A stretch of DNA of 64,000 nt, taken from contig JASFLY010000004.1 of NCBI GenBank assembly GCA_050117845.1, positions 96,001 to 160,000 of the forward strand, given 5' to 3'. Positions within the stretch are counted from its first letter, which is position 1. Each line of letters opens with the position of its first letter. Below are positions 37,093 to 46,963 of the stretch, one piece after another. Made by a program: the position numbers and the translations under genes. The DNA comes from Candidatus Zixiibacteriota bacterium. Its GTDB lineage: Bacteria; RBG-13-66-14; B26-G2; WVWN01. Under the pieces are notes generated by a model. The model had not been told where the DNA came from. It saw only the letters and a list, made by a program, of their open reading frames with translations, and did no database searches.

Positions 37093-37290
37093 GAAGCGGC
37101 AGGCTTTATGCCTGCCGAAGGGGGCCGATTATGCCACGGCGGCCATAAAGGCCGCCGCTCCTTCCCCGTCTTCTGAAACGGCAGGCTTTATGCCTGCCGA
37201 AACGGGCTAACCCGTTACGGCGGCCGTAAAGGCCGCCGCTCCTCGAGAGGGGATTTAAGATGTTCCAAGCGGCCGCCTTTACGCCTGCCG
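37093..37290. repeat. REP/REPIN cluster upstream of RAYT (5 units)
   Basis: Units at 37093, 37137 (inverted), 37175, 37218 (inverted), 37266. Confidence 0.85.
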
Positions 37291-37344
37291 TAAAAGACGA
37301 GTATTACCTCTCCCGCCTGACAATCCGTTATGTTAATATTAAGC

Positions 37345-37821
37345 ATGAATTATAAAAAGTATAGGGGCCGGCCGTCACTGCGGCTGGAGGGAGCCGATTA
37401 CGGCACGCCGGTTACTTACGCCGTCAGCTTCAATACGAAGGGCCGGGCGCCCCATTTTCGAGACCCCCGGCTGGCGGCATCTTTGTTATCGATTATTATT
37501 CGGACGAGGTTGGAAGAGGGCTTCTACGTTTACGGGTATTGCATAATGCCCGACCACGTACACCTTATGATCCAGCCGCTGGGCAAAACGACGTTACCGC
37601 GAATCGTTCGTTTGATAAAGGGGCGAATGACGGCCTCGTTCCGTAAAACCCGCCCGGCCGTTAAGCTGTGGCAGCGCGGTTACGTGGACAACGTAATAAA
37701 CGGCCGCCGGGAATTCGAGAGCGTTTTCGCGTATATTATACTCAACCCTATTAAAGGCGGGTTGAGCGAACGGGAGTACGAATATCCGTTCAGCGGCGTT
37801 TTGGATTACTTTAACTTATAA
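37345..37821 (+). mobile_element. REP-associated tyrosine transposase (RAYT; IS200/IS605 Y1 HUH superfamily)
   Basis: RPSLRL..ADY, YCIMPDHVH (HUH), LWQRGY, YIILNP..GL, YPFS; flanked by REPs on both sides. Confidence 0.9.
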
Positions 37822-37831
37822 GGATAATTAA

Positions 37832-38011
37832 GAAGCGGCCCGCTTTATGCCTGCCGTAAAAACTCAACACTACGGAGCGGCCGGCTTTATGCCGGCCGGA
37901 AGAGGGCGAACCCGCGACGGCGGCCATAAAGGCCGCCGCTCCTTCCCCGTCTTCTGAAACGGCAGGCTTTACGCCTGCCGTAACGCGTAAACTCGTAAAG
38001 GCCGCCGCTTC
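37832..38011. repeat. REP/REPIN cluster downstream of RAYT (4 full + 1 partial unit)
   Basis: Units at 37832, 37874, 37918 (inverted), 37956, partial 37994; 37918-37971 is a direct copy of 37137-37190. Confidence 0.85.
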
Positions 38012-38088
38012 GATAAATCCGTTGCCACGCCCCCGCCGGTTTTTTATAATCCGATATATACGTTCCCATCCGAAAAGGAGTTGTTCCT

Positions 38089-39747
38089 ATGGCGAGTAAA
38101 GCGCGGGAAGTCCGGGCGCCGCGCGGCCCGGAGCTGAGTTGCAAGGGGTGGCCGCAGGAGGCGGCGCTCCGCATGTTGATGAACAACCTCGACCCCGACG
38201 TGGCCGAGATCCCCGAGGAGTTGGTCGTCTACGGCGGCGCCGGCAAGGCCGCCCGCAACTGGGACGCCTTCGACAAGATAGTCGAAACGCTCCGGCGCCT
38301 CGAGGCCGACGAGACCATGCTTGTGCAGTCGGGTAAGCCGGTGGGCGTGTTCAAGACTACCCCCGACGCGCCCCGCGTCCTCATCGCCAACTCGCTGTTG
38401 GTGCCCGCTTGGGCCAACTGGGAGACCTTCCGCGAGCTCGAGGGCAAGGGCCTTCTGATGTACGGCCAGATGACCGCGGGCTCGTGGATTTACATCGGCA
38501 CGCAGGGTATCCTACAGGGCACGTATGAGACGTTCGCGGAGTGCGCCCGCCGGCACTTCGGCGGCTCGCTCGCGGGCAAGTGGGTCCTCACCGCCGGGAT
38601 GGGCGGCATGTCCGGCGCCCAGCCGCTCTCGGTCACGATGAACGAGGGCGTCATCATCGACGTGGAGGTGGACCCCGCGCGCATCGAGAAGCGCCTGACG
38701 CAGGGCTTCTGCGACCGCATGACCTCCGGCCTGGACGAGGCACTCCGCTGGCGCGACGAGGCGCTCGCGGCCGGCGAGGCGCTGTCCGTCGGCCTGGTGG
38801 GCAACGCCGGCGACGTCCACCCCGAACTCGTCCGCCGCGGCGAGATCCCCGACGCGCTCACCGACCAGACCTCCGCCCACGACATGCTGACGGGTTACGT
38901 GCCCCACGGCATGACGCTGGACGAGGCGCTCGCGCTGCGTAAAAAGGACCCGGCCGAGTACGAGCGCCGCGCCTTCGAGACCGTGGCGGTCCACGTCGAG
39001 GCCATGCTCGCGATGCAGAAAGCGGGCGCCGTCACGTTCGACTACGGCAACAACATCCGCGCCCAGGCTAAGAAAGCGGGCGTAGAGGACGCGTTCGCGT
39101 TCCCCGGATTCGTCCCGGCCTTCATCCGGCCCATGTTCTGCCGGGGCAAGGGGCCGTTCCGCTGGGCCGCGCTCTCCGGCGACCCGGCCGACATCGCCGC
39201 CACCGACGAGGAGGTCCTGCGCCTCTTCCCCGAGGACGAGGGGCTGGCCCGGTGGATCCGCATGGCCCGGGAGAAGGTCCCGTTCCAGGGGTTGCCCAGC
39301 CGCATCTGCTGGCTCGGCTACGGCGACCGCGCGAAGATGGGCCTGGCGATGAACGACCTCGTGAAATCGGGGAAGGCCTCGGCGCCGTTCGTCATAGGCC
39401 GGGACCACCTCGACTCCGGCTCCGTGGCCTCGCCCTACCGCGAGACCGAGGGGATGCGCGACGGCTCGGACGCCATCGCCGACTGGCCCATCCTCAACGC
39501 CCTGCTCAACACCGCCTCGGGCGCGACGTGGGTCAGCGTGCACCACGGCGGCGGCGTCGGCATCGGCTACTCGCTGCATGCGGGCCAGGTCATCATCGCC
39601 GACGGGACCAACGCGCAGGCGGCGCGCCTCGAGCGCGTCCTGACCAACGACCCCGGGACGGGAGTAATGCGCCACGCCGACGCGGCCTACGAGGACGCCG
39701 TCGAGTTCGCGCGGGAGAAAGACATAGACTTGCCGAGTCTGGATTAA
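38089..39747 (+). CDS. hutU: Urocanate hydratase
   Basis: [64 protein letters not shown]. Confidence 0.98.
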   Translation: MASKAREVRAPRGPELSCKGWPQEAALRMLMNNLDPDVAEIPEELVVYGGAGKAARNWDAFDKIVETLRRLEADETMLVQSGKPVGVFKTTPDAPRVLIANSLLVPAWANWETFRELEGKGLLMYGQMTAGSWIYIGTQGILQGTYETFAECARRHFGGSLAGKWVLTAGMGGMSGAQPLSVTMNEGVIIDVEVDPARIEKRLTQGFCDRMTSGLDEALRWRDEALAAGEALSVGLVGNAGDVHPELVRRGEIPDALTDQTSAHDMLTGYVPHGMTLDEALALRKKDPAEYERRAFETVAVHVEAMLAMQKAGAVTFDYGNNIRAQAKKAGVEDAFAFPGFVPAFIRPMFCRGKGPFRWAALSGDPADIAATDEEVLRLFPEDEGLARWIRMAREKVPFQGLPSRICWLGYGDRAKMGLAMNDLVKSGKASAPFVIGRDHLDSGSVASPYRETEGMRDGSDAIADWPILNALLNTASGATWVSVHHGGGVGIGYSLHAGQVIIADGTNAQAARLERVLTNDPGTGVMRHADAAYEDAVEFAREKDIDLPSLD

Positions 39748-39759
39748 AATTGCGTAACC

Positions 39760-39810
39760 GAAGCGGCGGGTTTTATACCCGCCGCCCGGCCTGGATATAC
39801 CCGGCCGCCC
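39760..39810. repeat. Degenerate REP pair after hutU
   Basis: GAAG-CGGCGGGT-TTTAT-ACCCGCCG plus a degenerate inverted partner. Confidence 0.65.
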
Positions 39811-39875
39811 CGGGGGAGGAGGGGGAGAGAAGGGTATAGACGTGCCGAGCCTCTAACCCCGAACGAAAGGCGCTT

Positions 39876-40610
39876 ATGGCCGACGAGCAATTCGCCAACG
39901 TCTACGACGACCACGTCCGGGCCGACGCGTACGACCGCCTCGAGTTCCCCGGGACCTACTACCTCGCGTTCCGGGACCTGCCCGCATTAATCGAAAAGTA
40001 CGTCCAGGGCAGGAGGGCCCTGGACTTCGGCTGCGGGACGGGGCGCTCCACCCGCTTCCTGCGGGACCTCGGCTTCGACGCCGTGGGCGTGGACATCGCG
40101 GAGCCCATGCTCGCCCGGGCCCGGGAGCGCGACGCCGGCGGCGAGTATCTCCTCCTTCCCGACGGGGACCTCGGCGGCCTGCCCGACGGCGCCTTCGACC
40201 TGATACAGGCCGCGTTCACCTTCGACAACATCCCCACCATGGAGAGGAAGGTCTCGCTCTTCGCGGCGTTGGGCCGGCTGCTCGCGCCCGGCGGCTGCAT
40301 CCTGAACGTCGTCTCGTCCCCCGAGATATACGTCCACGAGTGGGCGTCCTTCTCCACCAAGGATTTCCCGGAGAACCGGAACGCCGCGAGCGGCGACAAG
40401 GTCCTTATCGTGATGCTGGACGTGGATGACGGCCGGCCGGTCGAGGACATCATCTGGACGGACGAGGCGTACGCCGAGACGTACCGCCGCGCCGGCCTGG
40501 AGGCCGTCGAGGTCCTGAGGCCCCTGGCGGACGGAACCGAACCTTATGCGTGGGTGAGCGAGGCGGAAGTGGCTCCCTGGGTCGTCTACGTCTTAAAAGA
40601 CTCGGGATAA
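39876..40610 (+). CDS. Class I SAM-dependent methyltransferase
   Basis: ALDFGCGTGRS, GVDIAEPML, FDLI, LLAPGG. Confidence 0.88.
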   Translation: MADEQFANVYDDHVRADAYDRLEFPGTYYLAFRDLPALIEKYVQGRRALDFGCGTGRSTRFLRDLGFDAVGVDIAEPMLARARERDAGGEYLLLPDGDLGGLPDGAFDLIQAAFTFDNIPTMERKVSLFAALGRLLAPGGCILNVVSSPEIYVHEWASFSTKDFPENRNAASGDKVLIVMLDVDDGRPVEDIIWTDEAYAETYRRAGLEAVEVLRPLADGTEPYAWVSEAEVAPWVVYVLKDSG

Positions 40611-40629
40611 TTGACGCCGGAGGATAGGG

Positions 40630-41760
40630 ATGAGCTTAATTAGAGTAATAGTAGCCTCCACGATAATCGCCGCCGGCGTTGCCGGGGCCGACTCGGGCGA
40701 CCGGTTTTTCGTGCAACAGAATCTGGTGGAACGGGCGGCCGTCGACACCTTGCGCGGAACGGTGAATACGTGGCTCGATGACGCCGCCGGTTTCGAGAAT
40801 CCCCACATTGCGATGGTCGCCGAAGAGGTCGTAATCGTCCTCCACGCCGACAAGGCCGAAGTGACGGCGACCTTCGATTTCGAGAATACGTCATCGGAAC
40901 CGCGTGACGTCGACATGTGCTTCCCGTTGTCCTACGGGATGTTGGGCACCGACGGCTACGAGGGGCGCGACCCGGCGTTCACCGCCGCAGGGCGCTCCGC
41001 CAGCCTGGCCGTAACCGTCGACGGCGACGACGTTCCTTTCGCGTTGGAAGATACCGAAGGCATATGGTATTTCCCCGCGATCGCCGCCTGGCCTGTACGC
41101 TTCGACGGAGGCGAGAAGCGCCGGGTCGTCTGCCGATACGAGGACTATTATAACGGCGGCGGCGGGATGCACCTCGACCTCAGCGTTCTGTATATGCTGG
41201 CGACGGGCGCTACGTGGAAGGGGCCGATAGGCCGGGGCCGCGTGGTCGTGCGGCCGGACAGCGATTTCGATTGGTCCGCCCCGTTCTATTACCTCGCCGC
41301 GGGGGTGCCGCCGGCCCGCGACGACGGCGACGAGGTAGTGTGGGAGTTCGCGAACCTGGAACCGTCGTTCAAATGCGCCGTCAACGCCCCCGCCGAAGGA
41401 CAGTACTACCCGTACGCGCGCCTGGACTTCGCCGGCATCCTCGTAGGCTGCATCAAACCCTCCACGATGGAACACGGCTACGGCGGCAGCAGCTACGACG
41501 TCCCCGAGGGCCCCGGGGCCCCGGCGGGGATTCTGGTGGACAACCTCAATTTCCGCGTTGCGCCGGACGCGGGGGCCGCGCACGTGGCGGGCAAGCCGAC
41601 GCTCGCGAAGGACGAAGGCCTGCTGGCTTACGAGCGCCGCGGCGAGTGGTACCGCGTAAAAACCCACGGCGGCCACGAGGGCTGGGTGCGCTGGCGCTAC
41701 GTCGACCCGGATACCGGCGAGGAGAACATCTACGTCGAGTTGGCGCTGAACTGCGAATAA
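40630..41760 (+). CDS. Secreted DUF4424-like protein with C-terminal SH3-like domain
   Basis: Signal peptide; IAMVAEEV, VTATFDFEN, YMLATGATWKGPI; LNFRVAP..GEWYRVK..EGWV. Confidence 0.7.
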   Translation: MSLIRVIVASTIIAAGVAGADSGDRFFVQQNLVERAAVDTLRGTVNTWLDDAAGFENPHIAMVAEEVVIVLHADKAEVTATFDFENTSSEPRDVDMCFPLSYGMLGTDGYEGRDPAFTAAGRSASLAVTVDGDDVPFALEDTEGIWYFPAIAAWPVRFDGGEKRRVVCRYEDYYNGGGGMHLDLSVLYMLATGATWKGPIGRGRVVVRPDSDFDWSAPFYYLAAGVPPARDDGDEVVWEFANLEPSFKCAVNAPAEGQYYPYARLDFAGILVGCIKPSTMEHGYGGSSYDVPEGPGAPAGILVDNLNFRVAPDAGAAHVAGKPTLAKDEGLLAYERRGEWYRVKTHGGHEGWVRWRYVDPDTGEENIYVELALNCE

Positions 41761-41791
41761 CCTGACGGCCCCGCCGCCCGGAGGAATCCCG

Positions 41792-42151
41792 ATGGAATAT
41801 TCGATACACACCGACGTGAAGTACGGGCCGCTGGAGGTCGTGGATGCCCGCGGCCTGGCGGCCTCGTGCGCCGAGAAGTGGTGGAACCAGACGCTGTGCC
41901 GTGTCAACGACAGCGTCGCGCGCCTCGCCGTGGTCGAGGGCGAGTTCCACTGGCATATTCATGAACGCGAGGACGAGTTCTTCTTCGTGTTGGAGGGCAA
42001 GCTGTACGTCGACGTCGAAGAGAGGACCGTCGAACTCGAAGCGGGGCAGGGGGTCGTCGTGCCGAGGGGCGTGTCCCACCGGCCTCGCGCCCCAGGGCGC
42101 GCCGTCCTCCTCATGTTCGAGAACGAGGCCGTCGTGGCCACCGGCGACTGA
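41792..42151 (+). CDS. Cupin domain protein
   Basis: GEFHWHIHEREDEFFFVLEG, VVPRGVSHRP. Confidence 0.9.
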   Translation: MEYSIHTDVKYGPLEVVDARGLAASCAEKWWNQTLCRVNDSVARLAVVEGEFHWHIHEREDEFFFVLEGKLYVDVEERTVELEAGQGVVVPRGVSHRPRAPGRAVLLMFENEAVVATGD

Positions 42152-42165
42152 GTCCGGGTAATATT

Positions 42166-42570
42166 ATGAAACTACCTTCCGGGAAGACTATCCTAATCTA
42201 CGCCGCCGTGCTCGGGTTCATGGCGGTGATGTTCGGCATTATCATCGGCGTCAGGAAAATCGTCGCCGCGGGGGCATTGACGACGCCGCCGGAACTCAAG
42301 CCGTGGGTCTACGGCTGCGGCCTCGCGACGATGTGGGGAACCGTGGGCGTGTCCCAATTGGCCCGGCGGCTGGGGGTCTTCCAGGATGAGAGTAACCTCC
42401 GGCAAGCTATGCGCGTTATCGTGAACCTCGCCGGGGTGGCGGCGGTGGCGGCGGGGTTTTTCACGGCGTTCTTCAACCTTCCCGGGGAAGGGAACGTAAT
42501 GCTGCGGATGACCCTTTTGATGGCGACGACGGCGAGCGGCGCGCTGACTTTCCGCCTGGCGGTGTTCTGA
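42166..42570 (+). CDS. Hypothetical membrane protein (~4 TM)
   Basis: Four hydrophobic segments; in a co-directional gene run. Confidence 0.65.
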   Translation: MKLPSGKTILIYAAVLGFMAVMFGIIIGVRKIVAAGALTTPPELKPWVYGCGLATMWGTVGVSQLARRLGVFQDESNLRQAMRVIVNLAGVAAVAAGFFTAFFNLPGEGNVMLRMTLLMATTASGALTFRLAVF

Positions 42571-42612
42571 GGGATAAATCCGGCAATAGGGTTTTATATA
42601 GGGAGAATCGGT

Positions 42613-43398
42613 ATGAGAATAAGGACGGTAATAAACGCTGCTATGGCGGCGGTGGTCGGACTAACGGCCGCGGCCGGGGCTCAGGACTGGCCCCCCAAAC
42701 TCGTGGCGTCGTTCCCCGCGCCGCCGGACGCGATCGCCCTAGCCTGCCATTACGACCCGCTATACGCGCTCGTCGGAGGTACGGAGCCAACGGTATTCAC
42801 GCTTAACCCTTGGGACGGTTCGGTAACCGGTAGTTTCCGGCTAGCCGTGCCTAACGGTGCGCGCGGCATCGCCGCGGCTGGCGCGTACCCGGTTGAAATA
42901 TGGGTGAGTAATCGCTTGAACCGGTTCCTTTACCGTTTAGATACCGCCGGTTCGGTACTTGGTTCGTTCCGGTGTCCCGCCGGGACGCCTTATGGCCTTG
43001 GAGGTTCTCGGTACGGGTTTGCGCCCGACCGCGGTTATCTTACTGTATCTTGCCGCAATGAAAACCACGTTATGCGGGTTGACTTCACCACGGGGTCACT
43101 GGTCTCAAGTTTCCCCGGGCCGGCGTCTGCGGTAATAGGTTACGACGATTGGATGGCCGTCGACCGTAATAGCGATTCCTTATATTGGAATTATAACGGG
43201 GATTGGGCAGTTCTCGATACGCTACCGGCGCGGCCCCGGGGTGTCACGACGAGCATTGAAGGGACGACCGATCAGGGGGGTATGGCAGTTACGACCTACG
43301 TGCTATGCCGTAACGGTTATATATTGCGGTATCACGGCTCTAAGTTCGACCCCGTGGACCCGGCCTCGCTCGGCCGCGTGAAGGCGCTTTTCAGGTAA
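42613..43398 (+). CDS. Secreted beta-propeller-like protein with C-terminal tag
   Basis: Signal peptide; repeated GS(V/L)..SF..P blades; ends VDPASLGRVKALFR. Confidence 0.8.
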   Translation: MRIRTVINAAMAAVVGLTAAAGAQDWPPKLVASFPAPPDAIALACHYDPLYALVGGTEPTVFTLNPWDGSVTGSFRLAVPNGARGIAAAGAYPVEIWVSNRLNRFLYRLDTAGSVLGSFRCPAGTPYGLGGSRYGFAPDRGYLTVSCRNENHVMRVDFTTGSLVSSFPGPASAVIGYDDWMAVDRNSDSLYWNYNGDWAVLDTLPARPRGVTTSIEGTTDQGGMAVTTYVLCRNGYILRYHGSKFDPVDPASLGRVKALFR

Positions 43399-43407
43399 CG
43401 CTTAAAT

Positions 43408-43863
43408 ATGGCGGACGAACCGAGATTGAACGAGAATTCGTCGCTGGCAGCTGTTGCGATAACGCTCGTCGGCGCGTCGGTGCTTTTGGCGGCGTCCTTC
43501 GGGACTCAGTTTTTCTTGGCGTACGAGGTTCCGTTATGGGAGGGCGCGGCGGCGCGTTTGCCCCGCGCGGCCAGGTATTTCGCGTGCGGCGGCGGCATCG
43601 TGACGCCGGTACTGGTCGGCCTCGCGGCTCCGCCCGCCGGCCGTCTCGCCCGAAATATAGACGGCCGGTTCCTGCGGTGGCTGGCGAGTTTCGGCGTCGG
43701 CATGTCGGCGATAACCGTGGCGGTGGGCGCCGGCCTCTTCGCGACGAAGTGCGTGACGATGAGCCTCGACCTCGTGGGCCTGTTGAACGCGGGCCTCTAC
43801 TTCCTCGCGCTCGCCGCCATGCTCTTCGGCGGATGGGGCGGAATCCGGGCCATGTGGGGTTAA
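43408..43863 (+). CDS. Hypothetical membrane protein (~4 TM)
   Basis: Hydrophobic ORF filling the gap between neighbours. Confidence 0.6.
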   Translation: MADEPRLNENSSLAAVAITLVGASVLLAASFGTQFFLAYEVPLWEGAAARLPRAARYFACGGGIVTPVLVGLAAPPAGRLARNIDGRFLRWLASFGVGMSAITVAVGAGLFATKCVTMSLDLVGLLNAGLYFLALAAMLFGGWGGIRAMWG

Positions 43864-43892
43864 GGGACGACGAACGAGAATGGAGACTTAAT

Positions 43893-44528
43893 ATGATGCA
43901 ATATTCGTTATTGCTGATCGCGGCCGCGGCCGCGCCGCTCGTACTCACGGCCTGCGCCGGCGCGGGCGATAAGAAACCGCCGGCGTCGTGCGACCCGATA
44001 ATCGAGCCCTACCTGGTCCCCGACGGCGCCGGCATCGAGGACGTGGAATACCTGGACACGCTCTCGACCGGCGAAGCGGAGGACGGCGCGCTCCTTATAA
44101 ACGGCAAGGCCGCGTTCAAGTCGCGCGTCTGGGGCCACGAGCTGCTGCGCGCCCCGGTAACCGAGAAGGAATGCCTGTACTACTGGCTCGAGATAACCCA
44201 CGAAACGCCCGAGGCCAACTACCACCTCCTCACCGACGTCAGCGACGCCAAGATATTCGTTTACGTCGGCAACGCGTACGTGGCGGTGGACCGGCCCAGG
44301 CGGGCGGAGGGGCGGCCCCCCGACTACGAGATGACCTTCAAATCGGGCAAGGAGCCGGGCACCTTCCCGGTGCCGTCGCACAGCTACCCCGAGGTCACGT
44401 ACAAGCTATGGTACCTCGAGGCCGGCCGGGAGTACGACGTCCGCGTCATCCGGTACGGCTCGGCGTACGAGGCGCCGGAGACGGGCGAGATAATATACGA
44501 GGCGAGTTACCATTTCTTTTTCGAGTAA
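43893..44528 (+). CDS. Hypothetical lipoprotein
   Basis: GGAG RBS; lipobox LTAC. Confidence 0.7.
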   Translation: MMQYSLLLIAAAAAPLVLTACAGAGDKKPPASCDPIIEPYLVPDGAGIEDVEYLDTLSTGEAEDGALLINGKAAFKSRVWGHELLRAPVTEKECLYYWLEITHETPEANYHLLTDVSDAKIFVYVGNAYVAVDRPRRAEGRPPDYEMTFKSGKEPGTFPVPSHSYPEVTYKLWYLEAGREYDVRVIRYGSAYEAPETGEIIYEASYHFFFE

Positions 44529-44540
44529 GATTAAATGCGC

Positions 44541-44629
44541 GAAGCGGCCGGGTTGAGCCCGGCCGTGTTACGCGCGTATGAGTACGGGAAACGCTCCCGA
44601 AAAACGGCGGCCGTAAAGGCCGCCGCTTC
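44541..44629. repeat. REPIN (inverted REP pair) between convergent genes
   Basis: GAAG-CGGCCGGG-TTGAG-CCCGGCCG at 44541 and CGGCGGCC-GTAAA-GGCCGCCG-CTTC at 44605. Confidence 0.8.
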
Positions 44630-44652
44630 GTTATTATTTAGGGGAGTAGAAA

Positions 44653-45705
44653 CTACTTCGTGCCGATGGTCATTACCCAGTCGTACTTGTCCTCGGCCTC
44701 TTTCAGCATTATCGCGTTCAGCTTGTCGTACAATATCTGCGAGTACTTCCCGACGCCGCCGTCGCCGATGGTAATCTCCTTGCCGTCGACTTCCACCGAG
44801 CCGATGGGCGTAATGACCGCCGCGGTCCCGGCGCAGAAGCACTCGTCGGCGCCCTCCAGCTCCTCCAGCATTACGTCCCGGGCGACGGCGTTGAGGCCTT
44901 CGTCCTTGGCGAGCTGAAGCACGCTTTCACGGGTGTAGCCCTCGAGTATCGTCTTGTCTTCCAACGAGGGGGTGGCGAGCTCGTTCCCCTTGCGGAGGAA
45001 GAAGTTGGCCGCGCCCACCTCCTCGAAGTGCTTGTTGTCGGAATCGAGGTAGAGGATTTCGGAGTAACCGTCCGCCTTGGCCATGTGGCCCGGGTACATG
45101 CCGGCGGCGTAGTTCCCGGCGGCCTTGACGCAGCCGACACCCCCGTTGACGGCCCGGTGGAACTCCTTCGATACTTTGAGCCGGATGGGCTGGAACCCGT
45201 CCTTGAAATAGGGGCCGACTGGGCTGACGAAGACGAGGAAGAGGTATTCCTCCGCCGGCTTCACGCCCAGCACCGGCCCGGAGGCGAAACTCACGGGCCG
45301 GATGTACATTGAACCCTGCTCGTCGGTGGGGAGGTATTCCTTGTTCGCGAGTACCGTTTGCTTCACGGCCTCGACGAACTTGCCCTCCTCGTACGGCGGC
45401 ATCATCAGGCGCCGGGATCCCTCGGCCATACGGTGCGCGTTGTCGCGCGGCCGGAATAGCACTATTTCGCCGGCGTCGTTCAGCCGGGCCTTCAGGCCCT
45501 CGAAGAGCGCCTGGCCGTAGTGGAACGCGCCCCCGGCGGGGTGCACCCAGAACTCGCCCATCGGGACGAGGCCGACGTCGTTCCAGACCCCGTTCTTGTA
45601 GTGGGCGACGTACATTTCCTTGGTGGGAATGAAGGCGAAGCCGAGATTGTCAAAATCGATCTCGGCTGGCGGCTTGGCCGGAATCGGTCTCGTTTCGAAG
45701 TCCAT
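44653..45705 (-). CDS. ilvE: Branched-chain amino acid aminotransferase
   Basis: FHYGQALFEGLKA, LFRP, YIRP, VKAAGNYA (PLP Lys), EEVGAANFF, ILEGYTRES, GTAAVITP. Confidence 0.95.
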   Translation of the reverse strand: MDFETRPIPAKPPAEIDFDNLGFAFIPTKEMYVAHYKNGVWNDVGLVPMGEFWVHPAGGAFHYGQALFEGLKARLNDAGEIVLFRPRDNAHRMAEGSRRLMMPPYEEGKFVEAVKQTVLANKEYLPTDEQGSMYIRPVSFASGPVLGVKPAEEYLFLVFVSPVGPYFKDGFQPIRLKVSKEFHRAVNGGVGCVKAAGNYAAGMYPGHMAKADGYSEILYLDSDNKHFEEVGAANFFLRKGNELATPSLEDKTILEGYTRESVLQLAKDEGLNAVARDVMLEELEGADECFCAGTAAVITPIGSVEVDGKEITIGDGGVGKYSQILYDKLNAIMLKEAEDKYDWVMTIGTK

Positions 45706-45854
45706 ACAATCCCTCGCTGTGGCTGTGAGTTAAAGAGCGTCCCGTTTATCTTATGAATATAACACGCGGGGCGGGGAAACCCAAGCGAAATCCGGCGGCC
45801 GGGAAAATAGCGAGGGCGGCCGAAAGGCCGCCCATTCGCAGGAAGGAGGTTGTA

Positions 45855-46730
45855 CTACTGGACCTCAAACGGAAGGCTCCACCCATCCGCGTTGTAGTCG
45901 TCCTCGCTTTCGTTTTGCATGGTCCCGGCGTCGATGCCGCTGACGCCGCCGTGGCGTACACCGGGGTCGGCGGTTATGGTGTAGGTCCCGGTGTAGGTCC
46001 CGGCGCCGTCGTCGTCCATCAGGCCGCGCTTCCAGTCGTGATGGTCGAAACAGAAGGTCGCCGGTTCCCATTCCTCCCCGGACGTGTTGGTCGCCTTCAT
46101 GGTAACGGTGACCTCCTCGCCGTAGGTGACGTGGGGGAGTTCGTCGAGAGGTATGGGTTCGGTCATGTCGGTGAAGGTGCGGTCGTAGCCGCCGGCGGTA
46201 ACGAGACGAACGCTCGTGATGGCGACGGTCTGCCTACCGGCGTCGGCCAGGGCCCACACCGCCGGACTGATGGCCGTGAGCGCCCACGGGTCGTCCGTCG
46301 TGGCGCGTTCGAAGGTGGCGTAGCGGGTGCGCTCGATGGCCACCGGTTTGGACCCCGGGTCGAGGGTGCCGTTGGTCGTGCGATCGATGTACATCAGGCC
46401 CTGGATGTCGTCCTTCACGATAACGTCGGCCGTGGTGTAGGGCGCTTCGATGTGTATCCAGTAGTCCCGCTTCGCGTACGTAACCGTGCGCCACCACGCC
46501 ACGGGCAACGTGGCCGCGGCGTCGCCGCCGAGGGCCGGCCGTTCGTAGCCGTCGCCGCCGGGCTTACCCCCGCCGTACGCCTCGCTGTCGTTGAAATAGG
46601 CGGCGTACTCCCCGTCGATAAGGCCGCGTACGTTCTCGTCGTCGCTGGGGCCGGTCGAACTGTTGCAGCCCAGCCACGCCGCGCATGCCAGCGCCGCGAT
46701 ACATATACCGAGTGCGATTCGTTGAGCCAT
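45855..46730 (-). CDS. Hypothetical lipoprotein
   Basis: AAGGAGG RBS; lipobox WLGC. Confidence 0.75.
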   Translation of the reverse strand: MAQRIALGICIAALACAAWLGCNSSTGPSDDENVRGLIDGEYAAYFNDSEAYGGGKPGGDGYERPALGGDAAATLPVAWWRTVTYAKRDYWIHIEAPYTTADVIVKDDIQGLMYIDRTTNGTLDPGSKPVAIERTRYATFERATTDDPWALTAISPAVWALADAGRQTVAITSVRLVTAGGYDRTFTDMTEPIPLDELPHVTYGEEVTVTMKATNTSGEEWEPATFCFDHHDWKRGLMDDDGAGTYTGTYTITADPGVRHGGVSGIDAGTMQNESEDDYNADGWSLPFEVQ

Positions 46731-46890
46731 GGGTGCTTCCTCCTTATGTGCGGGGCCGCCCGTAGTCTCGTATATATGACGGCGCCCCATGCCCGGGGGT
46801 TTAATCGTTTACCGTTTACCTTTATCCCCAATAGCACTTTAGCCGGCTACACGCCGGGTAATTTTTATTGATTATTCCGCGATTTTTCAC

Positions 46891-46919
46891 TTGACTCGGC
46901 ACCCCCGCTGTGTTATAAA
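46891..46919 (+). promoter_or_regulatory. tRNA-Thr promoter
   Basis: TTGACT-N17-TATAAA with TG extension. Confidence 0.7.
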
Positions 46920-46963
46920 CTAAACAAGTTTTACGGCGGCCCAGTGCTCCCTTAAAAAAGGTT

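Noticed and set aside
32982..38011. CRISPR array
   Set aside because: Repeats alternate in orientation, spacers are irregular and partly repeated, no cas genes are present, and a RAYT explains them.
45978..46003. 12-bp tandem repeat GGTGTAGGTCCC
   Set aside because: In-frame coding repeat (GTYT twice); two copies only, no sign of phase variation.
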